Shown here piece by piece: positions 24,521 to 27,159 of a DNA stretch of 27,159 nt (positions are counted from its first letter, which is position 1; every line of letters starts with the position of its first letter). The position numbers were made by a program, and so were the translations under genes. The notes beneath the pieces are model-generated. The model was not told where the DNA came from. It made no database searches and saw nothing but the letters and a program-made list of their open reading frames with translations. Origin of the DNA: a virus (Duplodnaviria; Caudoviricetes); IMG/VR virus record IMGVR_UViG_3300033067_000592, positions 1-27,159 of that record, one strand, 5' to 3'.

Positions 24521-25136
24521 TGCATTGGTTAGTAGGTGGCGAATGTTCTGGGGTTATCAGAGACGCCTTAATAGCTTTAGGTCACGACGCAATGAGTTGT
24601 GATTTACAACCAACGGATGCCCCGGGTCCGCACTACCAAGGTGATTTGTTTGACGTCATAGATTATCCTTGGGACGGTGCTATATTTCACCCAGAGTGTA
24701 CGCATATAGCTGTTTCAGGGTCTCGACATTTTGATGCTAAACGTATGGACGGGCGTCAGCAGGCGGCGGTATCGTTCTTTATGCGTGTCGAGAGACGCTC
24801 AGCGCATATCCCTAGGGTGGCCATAGAGAACCCCGTGTGTATTATGTCTAGCTTGTACAGGAAGCCAGACCAAATAATCCAACCGTGGTACTTCGGAGAT
24901 GACGCGAGTAAGAAAACGTGTCTGTGGTTAAAAGGGCTACCCCCACTAAAATATACTAACGTATTACCGGGGGACCATATGACTCGGAGGGCTAACCAAA
25001 CGGCGTCCGGCCAAAACAAACTGGGCCCGAGCGCAGACCGGGCAAAATTAAGAAGCATAACCTACCCGGGTATCGCCAAGGCTATGGCGTCCCAGTGGGC
25101 GGGTGTGTATGTTGATATAGAGGACTTACTGTAATG
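24500..25136 (+). repeat. Perfect 23-bp direct repeat flanking the methyltransferase gene
   Basis: GATATAGAGGACTTACTGTAATG at 24500-24522 and 25114-25136. Confidence 0.95.
24520..25134 (+). CDS. Short phage-type DNA cytosine methyltransferase
   Basis: LVGGECSG.IRDA, SCDL, HPECT (catalytic Cys region), IENPV (ENV-like), QPW.FG, KKTCLW and RS.TYPGIA.AMA.QW. Confidence 0.75.
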   Translation: MHWLVGGECSGVIRDALIALGHDAMSCDLQPTDAPGPHYQGDLFDVIDYPWDGAIFHPECTHIAVSGSRHFDAKRMDGRQQAAVSFFMRVERRSAHIPRVAIENPVCIMSSLYRKPDQIIQPWYFGDDASKKTCLWLKGLPPLKYTNVLPGDHMTRRANQTASGQNKLGPSADRAKLRSITYPGIAKAMASQWAGVYVDIEDLL

Positions 25137-25517
25137 TGGTGGATTGACGAAGACGACTGGGACTTGGTATTGAGCGAAGACGCCGAGAAAAACCTAACGG
25201 AGCACGGCAAAGTAGTTGCCAGAGAATACCTTAAAACCATAAAACAAGCTGTTATGCAGCCCCACCGGTCTGGTAAAACCAACGCGCTTATGGAACGGAT
25301 AAACGATTCGTTGTTATTGGGGATTAACGCGTTCACCGTAGGTCTAGACGGTAAATGTGAATCGGTACGTTACGGTAGATTGGTTAGTATAAGTGATGAA
25401 ATCCAAAAAGTAGTAGACCATCACATGGCAGAAGCCCAGGATTTGACGCTGGAGAAACTTATAAACCTGCTGCCCGAACATATGCAAGCTGAATACCGGG
25501 AGCGTTACGGCTTATGA
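25134..25517 (+). CDS. Hypothetical protein
   Basis: 127 aa, TAATG-coupled upstream and ATGA-coupled downstream. Confidence 0.65.
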   Translation: MWWIDEDDWDLVLSEDAEKNLTEHGKVVAREYLKTIKQAVMQPHRSGKTNALMERINDSLLLGINAFTVGLDGKCESVRYGRLVSISDEIQKVVDHHMAEAQDLTLEKLINLLPEHMQAEYRERYGL

Positions 25518-27159
25518 AACTCTACCCTTTCCAGAAAGAAGGTGTCCGGTTTCTGCTATCGCGCACCAACACACTGCTTGCAGACGATATGGGCTTGGGT
25601 AAAACTATCCAAGCCCTTGAAGTCATCAACAGAACTCATCCAAATAGAGTATTAATTATTTGCCCCGCTGGGGTAAAATATAACTGGGCCAAAGAGATAG
25701 AGAGATTTTTAGAGCGGCCCTACACTGTTGACGTCGTGAATGGATTCAAACACCGGCTTAACCTCGACGCCAACATCACCATCGTGAACTATGACCTACT
25801 CGTAAGTTCAAAAATAATCAGGCAACTCCGGGACATTGTTGCTCTAAGCGGCGGTTTCGACTTGGCTATCGTGGATGAGGCGCACTACCTCAAAAACCCC
25901 GATGCTAAACGAACCCGTCGCTTATTAGGTAATAGACCTGGGGAAGGATTGCTCCGGGTATGTCGTAAGCGAATCCTGTTGACGGGTACGCCAGTACTCA
26001 ACCGCCCTATGGAGTTGTTCCCCATCTTAGAGACGATGGCACCAGAAGCGATTAAACCCTACTCTAATGACGAACAATTCGGTCGGCAGTTTTGCAACGG
26101 GTTTAGAGAAGACGGCGTGTGGAATTTTAAAGGCGCGTCTAATTTGGATGACTTGGCAAAACGCCTTAGTAAGTTTATGTTACGACGTACCAAGGCCCAA
26201 GTGCTGGGTGATTTACCCGCACGACGCGATAGCAAAGTGTACTTTTCCGGGGACGATTTCGACCTAGAGTATTTAGAATCGCTACCGCTCTCATCATACA
26301 GAAAAGAGCTGGGTATTTTAAAGCTGCCCCTTGTGCTTAGTTTTTGTTCTGATATAATCAAATCATCAACTAACAAGGTTGTTTTGTTCTGCCATCATCG
26401 TGAGGTAGTAGAGGCACTTTGCAAAGCGCTACCGTCCGTTAAATTTTATGGTGGTATGTCACCACAGGAAAAACAGGAAGCGATACGTAGATTTCGTGAA
26501 GACCCGAGCATTCGGTTTATAACCGGTAATATTGCGGCGCTCGGGATTGGTATCAATGGACTTCAGGAGGTTTGTTCCCACGCCATCTTTGTTGAGCCCG
26601 ATTGGTCGCCCGGAGTAATGGACCAAGCAATCGACAGGCTATGTCGGATAGGTCAAAAATATTCGGTGTTAGCTCAATATCTCGTAGTCGAGGGCTCAAT
26701 AGATGATTGTATGTATGACCAGTTGAACCACAAGCGTGGTGTGATTCGACGGATTATGTCAAGAAAGGAAACACCATCGATGGGTATCATTGAAAACTTA
26801 GAAGCTCGTGTTGAGGAGTTAGAGAATTCCTTAGCTACGCTTCTGGACAAAGAAGCAAAGCCCGCCAAAGGTAAGAAGGCCGAACCCAAAGCGGCTAAGG
26901 GTAAAGCTAAAGCTAAGCCTGAACCGGAAGATGATGACAACTGGGAAGACGATGAAGACGAAGCGCCCAAGAAAACCAAAGCAAAAGCTAAACCCGTAGA
27001 CGACGATGACGACGAAGACGAAGCGCCCAAGAAAGGCAAAGCCAAAGGCCCTACTCGTAACGAAGTGAAGGACCAAATGCAAGCCTACGTTATTTCGGAA
27101 GGCGACGAGTGCGTTGACGAAAAGAAAAAAGACGTGCGCAAAATCTACAAGAAATTCGG
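25514..27159 (+). CDS. SNF2-family (DEAH) helicase/translocase with a long charged C-terminal extension; partial, no stop before the window end
   Basis: Not in the ORF track. Translated from ATG 25514: LYPFQKEG, LLADDMGLGKT, IICPA, IVNYD, IVDEAHYLKN, LLTGTP..NRP.EL, MLRRTK, G.GING.Q, DWSPG..DQAIDRLCRIGQ. The frame stays open to 27159. Confidence 0.9.
   Translation, partial: MKLYPFQKEGVRFLLSRTNTLLADDMGLGKTIQALEVINRTHPNRVLIICPAGVKYNWAKEIERFLERPYTVDVVNGFKHRLNLDANITIVNYDLLVSSKIIRQLRDIVALSGGFDLAIVDEAHYLKNPDAKRTRRLLGNRPGEGLLRVCRKRILLTGTPVLNRPMELFPILETMAPEAIKPYSNDEQFGRQFCNGFREDGVWNFKGASNLDDLAKRLSKFMLRRTKAQVLGDLPARRDSKVYFSGDDFDLEYLESLPLSSYRKELGILKLPLVLSFCSDIIKSSTNKVVLFCHHREVVEALCKALPSVKFYGGMSPQEKQEAIRRFREDPSIRFITGNIAALGIGINGLQEVCSHAIFVEPDWSPGVMDQAIDRLCRIGQKYSVLAQYLVVEGSIDDCMYDQLNHKRGVIRRIMSRKETPSMGIIENLEARVEELENSLATLLDKEAKPAKGKKAEPKAAKGKAKAKPEPEDDDNWEDDEDEAPKKTKAKAKPVDDDDDEDEAPKKGKAKGPTRNEVKDQMQAYVISEGDECVDEKKKDVRKIYKKF
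26780..27159 (+). CDS. Probable independently initiated Lys/Asp-rich protein nested in frame in the helicase C-terminus; partial
   Basis: AGAAAGGAAAC RBS at 26762-26772 and in-frame ATG at 26780: MGIIENLEARVEELENSLA...KPAKGKKAEPK...DEDEAPKK (twice). Confidence 0.6.
   Translation, partial: MGIIENLEARVEELENSLATLLDKEAKPAKGKKAEPKAAKGKAKAKPEPEDDDNWEDDEDEAPKKTKAKAKPVDDDDDEDEAPKKGKAKGPTRNEVKDQMQAYVISEGDECVDEKKKDVRKIYKKF

Noticed and set aside
25255-25285. QPHRSGKT as a P-loop NTPase motif
   Set aside because: The 127-aa ORF has no Walker B or surrounding fold pattern, so this is at most a relic.
26059-27082. Short ORFs listed in the last 1.1 kb
   Set aside because: They are shadows of the unlisted SNF2 helicase frame, which is open from 25514 to the window end.
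1-27159. Diversity-generating retroelement (suggested by the BPP-1-like virion genes) or stop-codon recoding
   Set aside because: No reverse transcriptase or adenine-variant repeat pair is seen here. Long genes are intact in the standard code and all three stop codons are used.

Overview
This is a 27-kb segment of a tailed dsDNA phage with podovirus-type (T7/BPP-1-like) virion genes and two divergent arms. The left arm (minus strand, 1-11624) is a packaging and morphogenesis operon: TerS, TerL, two small virion proteins, portal, scaffold, major capsid, tail tubular A and B, and internal virion proteins. A ~1-kb non-coding control region (11625-12635) holds divergent promoters, G-tracts, a hairpin run and a symmetric nested inverted-repeat array around an AT-rich core, which is origin-like. 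The right arm (plus strand) carries about 30 small, tightly coupled early genes. These include a LuxR-type HTH, a Lar-like Zn-finger protein, a DUF2829/Tad2-like protein and a DUF6378-like protein, plus two highly structured intergenic RNAs. It ends with a replication block: Xis-like HTH, Prim-Pol/VirE primase-helicase, a short C5 methyltransferase, and a SNF2 helicase missing from the ORF track because it runs off the end. Most notable points: (i) four DNA-handling proteins end in the same acidic DL[LF]-stop tail, encoded by the same GACTTAYTSTAA junction; (ii) two genes are flanked by duplicated RBS/stop/start junctions, like inserted cassettes; (iii) two multibranch ncRNA candidates; (iv) the helicase is fused in frame to a downstream ORF with its own RBS; (v) GATC is almost absent. 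All family assignments come from motif recognition by eye; no searches were run.
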